Source: a virus
Strand: one strand, 5' to 3'
IMG/VR virus record: IMGVR_UViG_3300037804_000399
Location: 1-64,000 of that record
DNA: 64,000 bases
This document shows positions 49,201 through 57,166 of this stretch, one piece after another. The stretch's first letter is position 1; each line of letters begins with the position of its first letter. A program made the position numbers and the translations under genes. The notes under the pieces are model-generated. The model had not been told where the DNA came from and ran no database searches. It saw nothing but the letters and a program-made list of their open reading frames with translations.

Positions 49201-49925
49201 CGACAACTACATTAGCTCCTACAACTAGTACGACTACGACTACAACGACTGGTGTACCTACAACAACAACTACTCCGGCTCCAATATTAAGCTATGAGTA
49301 TGAAGAATGTTTTCCAGTTACAACAACTACTGCGGCTCCAACAACGACTCCGACTCCAACCACTAGTACAACATCTGCGCCGATGGGAGCAGTTGGAACT
49401 CCGAACGGTGATCCGACTATGTTGATAACTCTAAACTGGACTCCAGGTGACGCTACTAAAAACTATCTAGGAGAAAGCTGGACTCCTGGAGAGACAAAAA
49501 TAGCTTATTCTTCTGATCCATATAGAAAAGGAGTTTACACTGGCGGAGCAACTATCGAATCAGAATTCTGGGGAATTAATGCAGCTGGTGTGAACAACGA
49601 TAAATTTGTATTAGCAGCATTCATTTCTGCTGCAGCGGGATATAGACATTATGATAAAGTTCACTATGCTGCTGAAAATGCAAAGATTACAATAGGATCA
49701 AATTACACTTTTAATTCTGCACAAGCAAGTTCAAAAATATTATCCTTTACTCCTGAAGGAAATGCTTTTCCATTTGGAGGTCCGTGGGGTACAGCAATAA
49801 ATACTGTCAGTAGTGGAATATTAGTAAATATTGGCCAAGGATATATTCAACCTCTTCAGTTTTCTGGAATGGTTGCTCTAACAAACGGATTAACAATTTC
49901 ATGGTCACAAGGAACTGGGTGGTAA
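43248..49925 (+). CDS. Giant baseplate-associated structural protein with Calx-beta-like domain and Thr/Ser mucin-like stalk
   Basis: Follows gp6 and is acidic. V.V.R.....F.V.Y.T......DY.....I.F..GQ....V.I.I....E..EYF.I is Calx-beta-like (~47710-48140); TS tracts follow, then a C-terminal domain shared with downstream genes. Confidence 0.7.
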   Translation: MVDKKGSDFNQGELLKKYINNPEWIRTYETLWNTLETSTQLVGAEIHEKTRNYVQNLRDIDLCETKALRSIVTELQVDNMEIVDALPKEIQRLVDIFSINPSLLLTDGMVFEDYMETFEAEVQAIYAKYFPTQFFLRQFEFDDAEVKWNNQPIEEFVDRYACKVVNIINKYKEESESDIDELDITNEMLFDSSEPRFYDSSDVDFVGTLEGVIQNTIADRLYDQFSTDIETGIYRQSISEDGDNPVFGDVFGFTWIVDDENFMKVQIKANIETIFKAFNDSVILGESYYVPFQVFTVTQLSITSGLILPEHVSKTYTRSKVILNGVATFIDDEDISEWMALIVRRFEDSSFFIDDAESKIESLEYVQFRQKFPPTVTEYINLVDPAATEIDESFVWDIIGLDPLNEERDVLYHECYAGKTMLDLFIIAQFTDTLYKHWLEESYQSLVENILDQNFEFGTDADYKYRGVYQIIGDDAKTELDALAPSQFEKDHYLITLTNEVEQFFVYNGLEWLEQCPFRDLDRITEAAAESLLDTCKRIRLQRNNLKEIAQRHAIIGTNRAVESVFTDYVLRSFTQLEDWEMTTVTDDRNWRLVGAITLQDYEQTAAGLYVDDDIKIGTYKRVLVANQYTDYVVFRSKQTSTLVATEIGLSDEFEFNTDSVYNLNDILPSLGTLDSKVKVIEYWDTTEYFNIEPTETKYLTGPINKRISMKDVVNITDDGDLEIAETGELVEFIEGQSKYQIFNQYLDKGNPQYWNDNKETNYSTSRENSINFSDEEVSERKRFMGSYSPIDLVFSAGLSRIETPGPLRSSDIQAGDYYDVNFTVPDFANTAYTAAQLAAVDANATNGLDAMDLIQQEAYYTNLYSSLDDQEIFDDGAQWILSYKRGDAEKAEGLTFDDAKDWDPENVLHQTYILKRARTKAIRFWGQGADINFMSFKFDNWFKISLEEWLINNQDKHMTQFWNDVGMKGDWEADIRPILDQYWNMHASSGYLDTELYDIHKKYIGVSKSRLLEGAITKDPSTGTWDFENFVREVAHEGSHPAANYKNSLYPTIQHQPFLWNLVEKLAVVFPSVLFTVLVGEGEEVLNRLSQIDEFGNLIDSWKHTHQEFMSYQTRYEASTNTGIASISDPQIDRDGPFNPDALKELIKSNAEPLSDKSSFGNDFVEIFRNDYYGYASVFSDFYFLQAEKAKIQFHLDRIDGVKEFDIVGIPTGDEDLFGLRNQKIFQFAADQNEYHYTLYKDVNIKDCPGQLWVRYNNFPFSFPVAVDQTDLITYDDTLVSINQLETRDVSLVNVMNNCYDFGIQQNIIWALGDNHGELTWTVLNVGFTLNDEVRTSLYTIINNATPYVFLENEHYVGTHFNGDTIILVIYNEETNKFTNKYIDLIELVYLPDRTYSVGDDMRFFKDSDEALIQGHALSNTTVRICRPVDLPTTLPATTTTEGPIIVVPPATTLGPTTLAPPTTLAPTTTVGPTTTVGPTTTTTICPSLKEDLFVRWQYQSSYVHEQPTPRDIIVKVYRDPLSTFTGAFSVAYNTLDEGDPGSQWPRTQFPDTGPSAEKIKDYIPKADFIYFAEGQMEAEVKITILPSAQPENAEYFYIRMTDFLFNDCCEVNSNVVEQNPHMILITDRCCPCPETTSTTSTSTSTSTSTSTSTSTSTSTSTSTSTSTSTSTSTSTSTSTSTSTSTSTSTSTSTSTSTSTSTSTSTSTSTSTSTSTSTSTSTSTSTSTSTSTSTSTSTSTSTSTSTSTSTSTSTSTSTSTSTSTSTSTSTSTSTSTSTSTSTSTSTSTSTSTSTSTSTSTSTSTTTLAPTTSTTTSTSTSTTSTSTSTSTSTSTSTSTSTSTSTSTSTSTSTSTSTSTSTSTSTSTSTSTSTSTSTTTLAPTTSTTSTSTTSTSSTSTSTTLPPVLSWKYVPCPTTTSTSTSTSTSTSTTTLAPTTSTSTSTSTSTSTSTSTSTSTSTSTSTSTSTSTTTLAPTTSTSTSTSTSTTTLAPTTSTTTTTTTGVPTTTTTPAPILSYEYEECFPVTTTTAAPTTTPTPTTSTTSAPMGAVGTPNGDPTMLITLNWTPGDATKNYLGESWTPGETKIAYSSDPYRKGVYTGGATIESEFWGINAAGVNNDKFVLAAFISAAAGYRHYDKVHYAAENAKITIGSNYTFNSAQASSKILSFTPEGNAFPFGGPWGTAINTVSSGILVNIGQGYIQPLQFSGMVALTNGLTISWSQGTGW
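48156..49370 (+). repeat. Low-complexity tandem repeat encoding (TS)n and TTTLAPTT
   Basis: Built from the 6-nt units ACAAGT/ACTTCA/ACATCT/ACTTCT; includes an exact 60-bp duplication 48421-48480 = 48481-48540. Confidence 0.95.
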
Positions 49926-49926
49926 A

Positions 49927-50850
49927 ATGGCAGATTTATATTTAGATGCAGATTACGGAAACTTTATAAGACATTTAGGAATATGCTACATGTTAGAAGA
50001 TCCTGACTTTGTAACCCCTCCGGACTTTGCAGGTCCACCAGACGAGGTTGGATTTACTGATTGTGATGATTGTGAATCAACTCCTATTACAACAACCACT
50101 CTCGGACCTACAACAAGTACTACACCAGCACCATTGTCAATTGTAGGACCAGTTAACGGCGATGGAACAATGCTAATTAAATTAGAATGGACGTCAACTG
50201 CAGTTGCAAGTGTTTCTATAGCCAGTCCTTCTCAAATTACTACATCTGCTGTTCACAATTACGAAACAGGAGATTCGATTACTATTAGTGGAACAGATAC
50301 TACGCCGTCAATAAACGGAACACATATAGTAACAAAAATAGATGCTAACAACTTTACTATTCCAGTCAATGTTACTGCAGTAGTTTCTGGTGTAGGAGCA
50401 ACTGAATTTGCAACTGTTCCATTTGTAGGAGGTAGTTGGACAAACGGCGAAACTAAAAAAGTTTATTCACAGGCAGGTGGGTATGTATATGAAACTAGTT
50501 ATTATCCTTCAATTACCTCATACTCTGGATCAGCTGAAAGATGGGTAAGAGTGGTAAGCGGAGACACATTTAGAGTAGGAGGATTCGAAAAGCAATTAGG
50601 AACTTTCGCGGGTAAAATCAGTGACGGAAATTTAATAGTCAAAGGATTGCATGGAGCAAATTTGTATATGGATAACTATACTAATGGATCATATGGATTT
50701 GCTGGCACTCCTACAAGTGATAATATAGCAAGTAAAGCACTGGCTGCTGCTGGTATCGTGAGAGGATTCCCATGTGGAGCTCCTCAAAAATCATCTTCAT
50801 TCGTTACTACGCATGATATAACTATAACATGGTCTCCACAAGGATGGTAA
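49927..50850 (+). CDS. Adhesin/fibre module protein (Cys N-domain, short T/P linker, shared tip domain)
   Basis: MADLYLDADYG..IRH..ICY...F.GPPDE.GF.DCDDCE; G..NGDGTMLI.L.W; WTNGETK.VY; ITWSPQGW. Confidence 0.6.
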   Translation: MADLYLDADYGNFIRHLGICYMLEDPDFVTPPDFAGPPDEVGFTDCDDCESTPITTTTLGPTTSTTPAPLSIVGPVNGDGTMLIKLEWTSTAVASVSIASPSQITTSAVHNYETGDSITISGTDTTPSINGTHIVTKIDANNFTIPVNVTAVVSGVGATEFATVPFVGGSWTNGETKKVYSQAGGYVYETSYYPSITSYSGSAERWVRVVSGDTFRVGGFEKQLGTFAGKISDGNLIVKGLHGANLYMDNYTNGSYGFAGTPTSDNIASKALAAAGIVRGFPCGAPQKSSSFVTTHDITITWSPQGW

Positions 50851-50851
50851 T

Positions 50852-51385
50852 ATGGCAGATTTAAAATTAGATGCGGATTACGGAAATGTTGTAAGACATA
50901 ATGCAATCTGTTATATACTTGATAGAGTAGAGGCTGGCGTTGCTGACTTTGCAGGTCCACCAGAAGGAATTAATTTTGATGATTGTGACGAATGTCACAA
51001 TGCACCATTTCCACCTATGTCACTTGTGACATTAGAGCAAACAGGCGTTCTCGTTGAAGGCGACCCACTTGGTCAGCTAGTAGGTAATTTTGTTATAACT
51101 GGAGGAAAGTTTCCGTTTACCATTGCACTCATAGTCGGAGTTGATGATGATGACAATGCACATTATCAGATTAACGGCAATGATCTCGAATTAAGTAACA
51201 CTGGAGGAACCGTAACACCTTCAAGTTCTATTAGAGTGGAAGTAACAGATGCTCTAGGTAATAAATTAGAATCAGTTATAACTGTAATTGTTGCTCCTAT
51301 CTTAGGTACAAAAACTATTACATTAACACCAGGTGATAACTTATTTGATTATGATTTTAATGAACCAGTAGGAACATTAAACTAA
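50852..51385 (+). CDS. Adhesin/fibre module protein (Cys N-domain plus cadherin-like repeat)
   Basis: MADLKLDADYG..VRH..ICY...DDCDEC; EGDP.G.LVG...GG..PF..AL..G..D.DN.HYQING. Confidence 0.6.
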   Translation: MADLKLDADYGNVVRHNAICYILDRVEAGVADFAGPPEGINFDDCDECHNAPFPPMSLVTLEQTGVLVEGDPLGQLVGNFVITGGKFPFTIALIVGVDDDDNAHYQINGNDLELSNTGGTVTPSSSIRVEVTDALGNKLESVITVIVAPILGTKTITLTPGDNLFDYDFNEPVGTLN

Positions 51386-51414
51386 TGAATACAATTAATA
51401 AAGGAATGGTATAA

Positions 51415-52395
51415 ATGGCTGATGTATATAGTATAGCACCAGATCCTCAAGGTTTAGGTAGAGATGTTGATAATTTAAAATTTAGCATAGAGATTCCAAA
51501 TACATTAAATGTATCTGTAGCGGGACCTTATCCAGCCGGCACTTATAAGGTTACGGTAAAAGTAGTTGATGATGTTACTATGGAATTTGGGTATGGATTT
51601 TTCAATGTAGTTATATATGCTTCCATTACAGATTTTATACTTAATCAAACAAATACTCCTAACGAAGGAGATCCAATCAGTACCTTAATAGGTGACTTAC
51701 AAGTTACTGGAGGAACCGCCCCTTTTGTTTTTGCACTAATAGCTGGATTTGGAGACGGAGACAATCCCCATTATCAAATAAATCTTGCGGATTTAGAACT
51801 AAGTGGTACTGGTGGATCTACAGAACCTACAGATTCAATTTACGCAAGAGTGACTGATGCAAATGGTGACGAAGCATTTGACAACTTTATTATAAACTTA
51901 GATGCTCCTGGTGCTCCATTAGCAACAATAGGAACTCCAAATGCTGACCCTACATTGTTTATTAAAGTAGAATCTGCAAATGCTGGAGGTACTGCATTAT
52001 TTCCTTATAATTTCCTAGATGAAGATTTTACTGACGGTGAAACAAAAGAAGTATATGGAACTTATGTTAATGTAGCTCTATTAAAATCTTGGACTATTGG
52101 AGCTGGTGATGATAGCGTCACAATAGCTGATGATAAAGTAGTATCACCAGCATCATATACTGTTATAACTGCAAACTCCGCTAGTGAGAATCTTCGCCGA
52201 GGAAAAGACAACGGTGATTTTGTTTGGGGTGGATATTTTGCTCCAGATGCTAGTGTAAATGTAGTTAGTACTACCATCGTAGCTGCCACTCCTAATGATG
52301 TATTAGATGCTAGCAATTATGGCGAAGTTGTATTTGACATTTCGGGTGGCGGGAATCATGTTAAAATAACAATAAGCGAAGGAAATGGTTGGTAA
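51415..52395 (+). CDS. Adhesin/fibre module protein (cadherin-like repeats plus tip domain)
   Basis: Cadherin repeat paralogous to that of 50852; GTPNADPT, DGETKEVY, ITISEGNGW. Confidence 0.6.
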   Translation: MADVYSIAPDPQGLGRDVDNLKFSIEIPNTLNVSVAGPYPAGTYKVTVKVVDDVTMEFGYGFFNVVIYASITDFILNQTNTPNEGDPISTLIGDLQVTGGTAPFVFALIAGFGDGDNPHYQINLADLELSGTGGSTEPTDSIYARVTDANGDEAFDNFIINLDAPGAPLATIGTPNADPTLFIKVESANAGGTALFPYNFLDEDFTDGETKEVYGTYVNVALLKSWTIGAGDDSVTIADDKVVSPASYTVITANSASENLRRGKDNGDFVWGGYFAPDASVNVVSTTIVAATPNDVLDASNYGEVVFDISGGGNHVKITISEGNGW

Positions 52396-52470
52396 TCTGC
52401 CTTTGTGATGTAACAAACATTCCTCAATACTAGAATATAATTAAATTGTAAATGTATTGAGGAATAAAAA

Positions 52471-53601
52471 ATGATTATAGTAAGTGGATGCCCTAGATCT
52501 GGAACTAGTTTAACTATGGATATTCTTCGTAAGGCGACTGGCGAAGAGAACATGATTGCTTCAAAATTTCCACAGAAAAGAGAGTTAGAAATCACAAGAG
52601 GGGAGGACGAATCAGATAGTGATTTCCAAATACGAAATTATTTGTTTCAAAAATTCAAACGTCCAGATAGAGATGATGATTATACTGACATGAATCCAAA
52701 CGGATTTTGGGAATGTAAATTTTCTGTATTAGGAGTCGGAGCTGAATACGGGTCAAGACTATTCAATTATCACTCTGCAAAGTTTACCGAAACACTATTA
52801 GACACTGGTAAAGATAAAATTTGTAAAATCGTAAGTCAAGGTTTAATGTCATCCGATGTAAGATATATTGATAAAGTAATTTATTTAATAAGACATCCTA
52901 GAAACGTTGCAAAATCTCATGAAAGATTAAAGAGAGGGTTTGATGTTAAAGTAAATGGCAAGAAGCAAAATATATTTGAAGGATTGACCATACACACTCC
53001 TGAGATGTATATAGGAGTTACCATTCAAGCTTGTAGATGGATTTTAGAAAATCCAACCGTGCCAATATTATTTGTTAACTTTGATGATTTGTTATCTAAC
53101 CCAACTGAAACAATTGACACTATTGCAGAGTTTGTCGAGTTCGGAGATTTTGAAAAATCTAAAACTATTGTAGATCCAGTGTTGAATAGAAGTAAAATTC
53201 AAGACATCGAACATGTGCTTTGGGAAGATGCTGAATTTGTTTATGAACAGTTTAATAAACAAAACTATCAGGAAATATTAGATTACTTCGAAGATCCTAC
53301 AAGAGCATATAGAAAATACACAGATAAATTTATTTGCACTAGAACAAATGATGAAGTAACCAATCGTGATTGTCAGAGTTGTTTATCGAGTGACGTAGTC
53401 AAATACAATAAAAAAGTATTAGCCAATCACAAACAGATTGATTATTTAAAAGAACCTTGTATGTATGAATGCGGAAAGAATGTTGATACTGATTCATATA
53501 AAACCATTGAAGAAAGTATTAAAAACCATACTTGGGATAATGGAAAGAAAATAATAGACGGAAAACTGGATGTTATTCCTAGTGGAAATACTTTAGGATA
53601 A
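52471..53601 (+). CDS. Sulfotransferase (PAPS-dependent) with C-terminal Cys domain
   Basis: 5'-PSB IIVSGCPRSGTSL, NP.GFWE, 3'-PB YLIRHP..VA.S, FDDLL.NP...I..I.EF. Confidence 0.85.
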   Translation: MIIVSGCPRSGTSLTMDILRKATGEENMIASKFPQKRELEITRGEDESDSDFQIRNYLFQKFKRPDRDDDYTDMNPNGFWECKFSVLGVGAEYGSRLFNYHSAKFTETLLDTGKDKICKIVSQGLMSSDVRYIDKVIYLIRHPRNVAKSHERLKRGFDVKVNGKKQNIFEGLTIHTPEMYIGVTIQACRWILENPTVPILFVNFDDLLSNPTETIDTIAEFVEFGDFEKSKTIVDPVLNRSKIQDIEHVLWEDAEFVYEQFNKQNYQEILDYFEDPTRAYRKYTDKFICTRTNDEVTNRDCQSCLSSDVVKYNKKVLANHKQIDYLKEPCMYECGKNVDTDSYKTIEESIKNHTWDNGKKIIDGKLDVIPSGNTLG

Positions 53602-53716
53602 TATTTTTAGGATATGGTTAATATATTCAAAGAATAATAAGTAAATAAGGATACTGTAACAATATTTTTGGAATACTTATGACTCGAGAATATATTAACC
53701 ACATGGACAAATTATA

Positions 53717-56700
53717 ATGGCAAATATTTATTTAGATACTGATACTCACGGAGAGTATATAAAACATAATGATATTTGTTACAAGCGTGTAGGTCCGAGT
53801 ACCACTGAGCCAGCAACTGTATTTGGAGCTCCTGATGAGACTGGATTTGCAGATTGTGACGATTGTGAGTTTGATCCCCCTGTATTCTTCGGAGAGTTTG
53901 ATTATGAAACTGAAGAAGAAGGAAGTCTCACTGCATTTACTGCTACCGCTACCGATACTGACACATATGAAATAATAGAACAACGAGATGAAGCCTTTTT
54001 TAACATAAATCCTGTAACTGGAGAAATAGTATGGAAAACCGCTCCCGATTTTGATGACGCTAGAGATGAAAATTACGACAACAATTATGTTCTTAGAATA
54101 CGAGCAACTGGACCAGGTGGACAAACTTTTCAATTTTATTCTGTTACAGTAACCAATATTTCAGAATTACCTGAATTTTATGGACCATCTACAAGGGAAA
54201 GATTTGATGGTTATGATGAAGGAATGACAATTACAGCACACGATACAACTTCTTTTTCTATGATAGGCGGAGAAGACATTTCCAAATTTTCGTTAGATCC
54301 CACAACGGGCGTTTTAACATTTCTAGCAATACCTGATTTTGCTTCCCCTGGTGATTTTGATGCAGATAATGAATATCATGTAACTGTAAGAGCAACGGGA
54401 CCTGGTGGGTTTGCTGACAGAAACTTTACGATATTTATAAGTGAATTTCCAACGGCTAGATGTACTGAATACGGAGCTGATGATATATTAGGAAATTTAC
54501 CAACTAACACACATCCAACGATAGACTATAAAATAGAAGGAATGAATTTAGCTGGTGATAAATGGGTTGCTCAATTTGCGAGACTGATGTGTGATAGTAA
54601 TGGAGTACAGGCTGGAAGATGGTATTCAGTAAAAGCAAATAGAGGTGCAAGCGGGACCCTAGTTTTCGACACTAACTATATAGAAACAAACTTACGACAC
54701 CGCTGGACTACAGTAGCTGTTTCTAGTTTAGGATTTGGAGACGAAGACGTTGGACAATTTTACTTCGATATAGACAAAGATTCTGCAACCATTTTTATGG
54801 TGGTAAATTATGGTCTAATTAGACAAGGAATACGTTTCTCTTCTACTTGGAGATCTAATGATTACAAGGATGTCTTTAATCTAGATGGAAATTGGCAACA
54901 CAGTTTTGATTCTTTAGGAACAAGCGCAACATTAATTTCATCAACATGGGATAACTACAATTCTGGAGTGTCTGCTTTAGGAGTACAAGCACCGACAGGA
55001 GATTGGACGAATACTGCAACACCAACTTACATTGAAGATCAAAAGATAACAGATGCTATGTTCGGAGAAATTGTATTTGACATAGGCTCATCGGGATTTG
55101 CCAGTCCGATAAGAGTAAAACTTTCAACTAGACGTGGTACAGGAATAAATCCTGATTGGAATGATGTTCCAGCTCCTGTTGCTCCTGAAATAATTGGACC
55201 AACAAAATACGTAGTAAATGATGGAGTAATGCCAGCATTTCAAGTGAATGTAAAGGATAGAACATTTGAACCCACTTATACAATATCCGGTGGAGCCGAT
55301 GCTGCTCTATTTACTGTTGACGCTAGAGGATTTGTAAATTTTAAAGTAGCTACTAATTATTCAGCACCTACTGATGCTGGCGCAAATAACAAATATGATC
55401 TTCAAATTACAGCTACAAATGATCAAGGAGCTGATTCAGAAACTTATGAAATCACTGTTATAGGAGTATCTGGTGTAGTTGGTCCGATACAAACTCTTAA
55501 TTTTTCTGGTTCGGGAACAACTGATCCAACTAGTTTAGACAATACAGTATTTGTAAAGTATGTTGGTGGTGGTGGAGAAGGTGTTTCTGCTTTTAATAAA
55601 ACGTGGAACTCGGGTCAGTTAGGACATGTATTTGTTGATTATACAGATGCTAGTCCAAATGGAGAATCCATTGCTATTTCAATTGGTGACTCTGTATTGA
55701 ACATTTCTGATTTAAGTGATACTGCAATAATAGAATTTACAGTACGTGCTGGGTTGACTTTGGACTTAGAAAAGATTTTAGCTCCTTTAGCTGATAATGA
55801 TACTTCAGTGGGAGTTGAATCTCACACTTTAGATTTTACATATAATGATTCTATTTCAGATCAGTTTGGTAGAGTTACATTTACAAACGGAGAAGTGTGG
55901 GAATTTTTAAGAGGAAGTAATTGGCCTGCTCCGACAGCGCCAGTATTCACAGGAGCCACAGCTCATAGTCTTACAACAGGATATTCCAATCCGTTCACTG
56001 CCACTGCAAATCCAAATACTTATGATCTAAATTTTGCAATAACAGGTGGAGCAGATGCAGCTGTGTTTAATATCACATATGACGGCACAGTTACTTTTAT
56101 AGTTCCTCCTGATTTTTCAGCACCAATAGATGCGGGTGCAAATAATGTTTATGATTTGGAAATCACTGCTACTAATGAAACAGGATCCACTGTACAAGCC
56201 TTTACTGTGACTGTGAATGATTTTACATTACCAGTTTTTAATGGTCCTTTTGCATTGAACGTAGATGAAGAACAAACAGATATTTTGACAGTTGATGTTC
56301 AATTTAATGATTATCCTCCTACTTTTTCAATAGTTAGTGGAGTGGATGAAGCTCTATTTGCGGTTGATAATATAACTGGTGTGGTTACATTTATAGCAGC
56401 TCCTGACTTTTTAACTCCGTTAGATGTTGGTGCTAATAATGTTTATGATTTTGAAGTTACAGCAACTAATCCTGCAGGTGATCAGACTCAAGCTTATGTT
56501 ATAACAGTTGATCAATTACCATTGCCTGTTTTTACAGGAACGTTTATTCTTGAAATATCGGAAGGGTCAGCAGCTTTTACAGCAGTAGCTACTAACACTC
56601 CAACGTTTGCTATAACTGGAGGATTGGATCAATCCTTATTTGATATTGTACCAGCTACTGGAGTTGTAACATTCTCACCAGCAGTATTATTTGCTTCACC

Positions 56701-57154
56701 TACTGACAATGGTGCTAACAATGTATATGATGTTGAAATAACAGCAACTAATTTAGGCGGTTCAGTTGCTCAAGCATACGCGATAACTATTAGAGATCCA
56801 GCTTTAGTTCAAGAGATAGGAATAGAAATCGCAGGAGATCCACATGCTGAGATTACTTGGTCTTGGTCTGACGCTGCTGCAACAAAAGATTGGTTAGGTG
56901 AGACTTGGTCCAACGGAGAAACTAAACTAGTACATGATGAATTTGCAGGAGCAAATGCTTCAGGATTTTACAGAGGTAATTATTCAGTAGGAAGCATTTA
57001 TGTTGGCGGCTCGGTAAATGCAACATCTGGAAATATATTTGCTTATGGATCATCAATTGGATTTATGTCTGGTTATGGTAATTTAAATACAGGAGTTGTG
57101 TTAGTATCTGGTACAAATACAATGACATTATTGATGAAAGCATCATTAACTTAA
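53717..57154 (+). CDS. Large cadherin-repeat adhesin/fibre protein
   Basis: Cys N-domain as in 49927; about six GG.D...F.I....G..TF...PDF..P.D.GANN.YD....AT cadherin repeats interspersed with tip-type domains. Confidence 0.75.
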   Translation: MANIYLDTDTHGEYIKHNDICYKRVGPSTTEPATVFGAPDETGFADCDDCEFDPPVFFGEFDYETEEEGSLTAFTATATDTDTYEIIEQRDEAFFNINPVTGEIVWKTAPDFDDARDENYDNNYVLRIRATGPGGQTFQFYSVTVTNISELPEFYGPSTRERFDGYDEGMTITAHDTTSFSMIGGEDISKFSLDPTTGVLTFLAIPDFASPGDFDADNEYHVTVRATGPGGFADRNFTIFISEFPTARCTEYGADDILGNLPTNTHPTIDYKIEGMNLAGDKWVAQFARLMCDSNGVQAGRWYSVKANRGASGTLVFDTNYIETNLRHRWTTVAVSSLGFGDEDVGQFYFDIDKDSATIFMVVNYGLIRQGIRFSSTWRSNDYKDVFNLDGNWQHSFDSLGTSATLISSTWDNYNSGVSALGVQAPTGDWTNTATPTYIEDQKITDAMFGEIVFDIGSSGFASPIRVKLSTRRGTGINPDWNDVPAPVAPEIIGPTKYVVNDGVMPAFQVNVKDRTFEPTYTISGGADAALFTVDARGFVNFKVATNYSAPTDAGANNKYDLQITATNDQGADSETYEITVIGVSGVVGPIQTLNFSGSGTTDPTSLDNTVFVKYVGGGGEGVSAFNKTWNSGQLGHVFVDYTDASPNGESIAISIGDSVLNISDLSDTAIIEFTVRAGLTLDLEKILAPLADNDTSVGVESHTLDFTYNDSISDQFGRVTFTNGEVWEFLRGSNWPAPTAPVFTGATAHSLTTGYSNPFTATANPNTYDLNFAITGGADAAVFNITYDGTVTFIVPPDFSAPIDAGANNVYDLEITATNETGSTVQAFTVTVNDFTLPVFNGPFALNVDEEQTDILTVDVQFNDYPPTFSIVSGVDEALFAVDNITGVVTFIAAPDFLTPLDVGANNVYDFEVTATNPAGDQTQAYVITVDQLPLPVFTGTFILEISEGSAAFTAVATNTPTFAITGGLDQSLFDIVPATGVVTFSPAVLFASPTDNGANNVYDVEITATNLGGSVAQAYAITIRDPALVQEIGIEIAGDPHAEITWSWSDAAATKDWLGETWSNGETKLVHDEFAGANASGFYRGNYSVGSIYVGGSVNATSGNIFAYGSSIGFMSGYGNLNTGVVLVSGTNTMTLLMKASLT

Positions 57155-57166
57155 TAGGAAAATGAA

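Noticed and set aside
48156-49370. Possible CRISPR array or DGR template/variable repeat
   Set aside because: No unique spacers, no adenine-specific variant pair, and no cas or reverse transcriptase gene; the repeats are in-frame coding.
51386-51414. Stop-codon readthrough or gene-60-like bypass joining 50852 and 51415
   Set aside because: The frames differ, there is a double stop, no matched take-off/landing codon with a hairpin, and the second gene has its own RBS.
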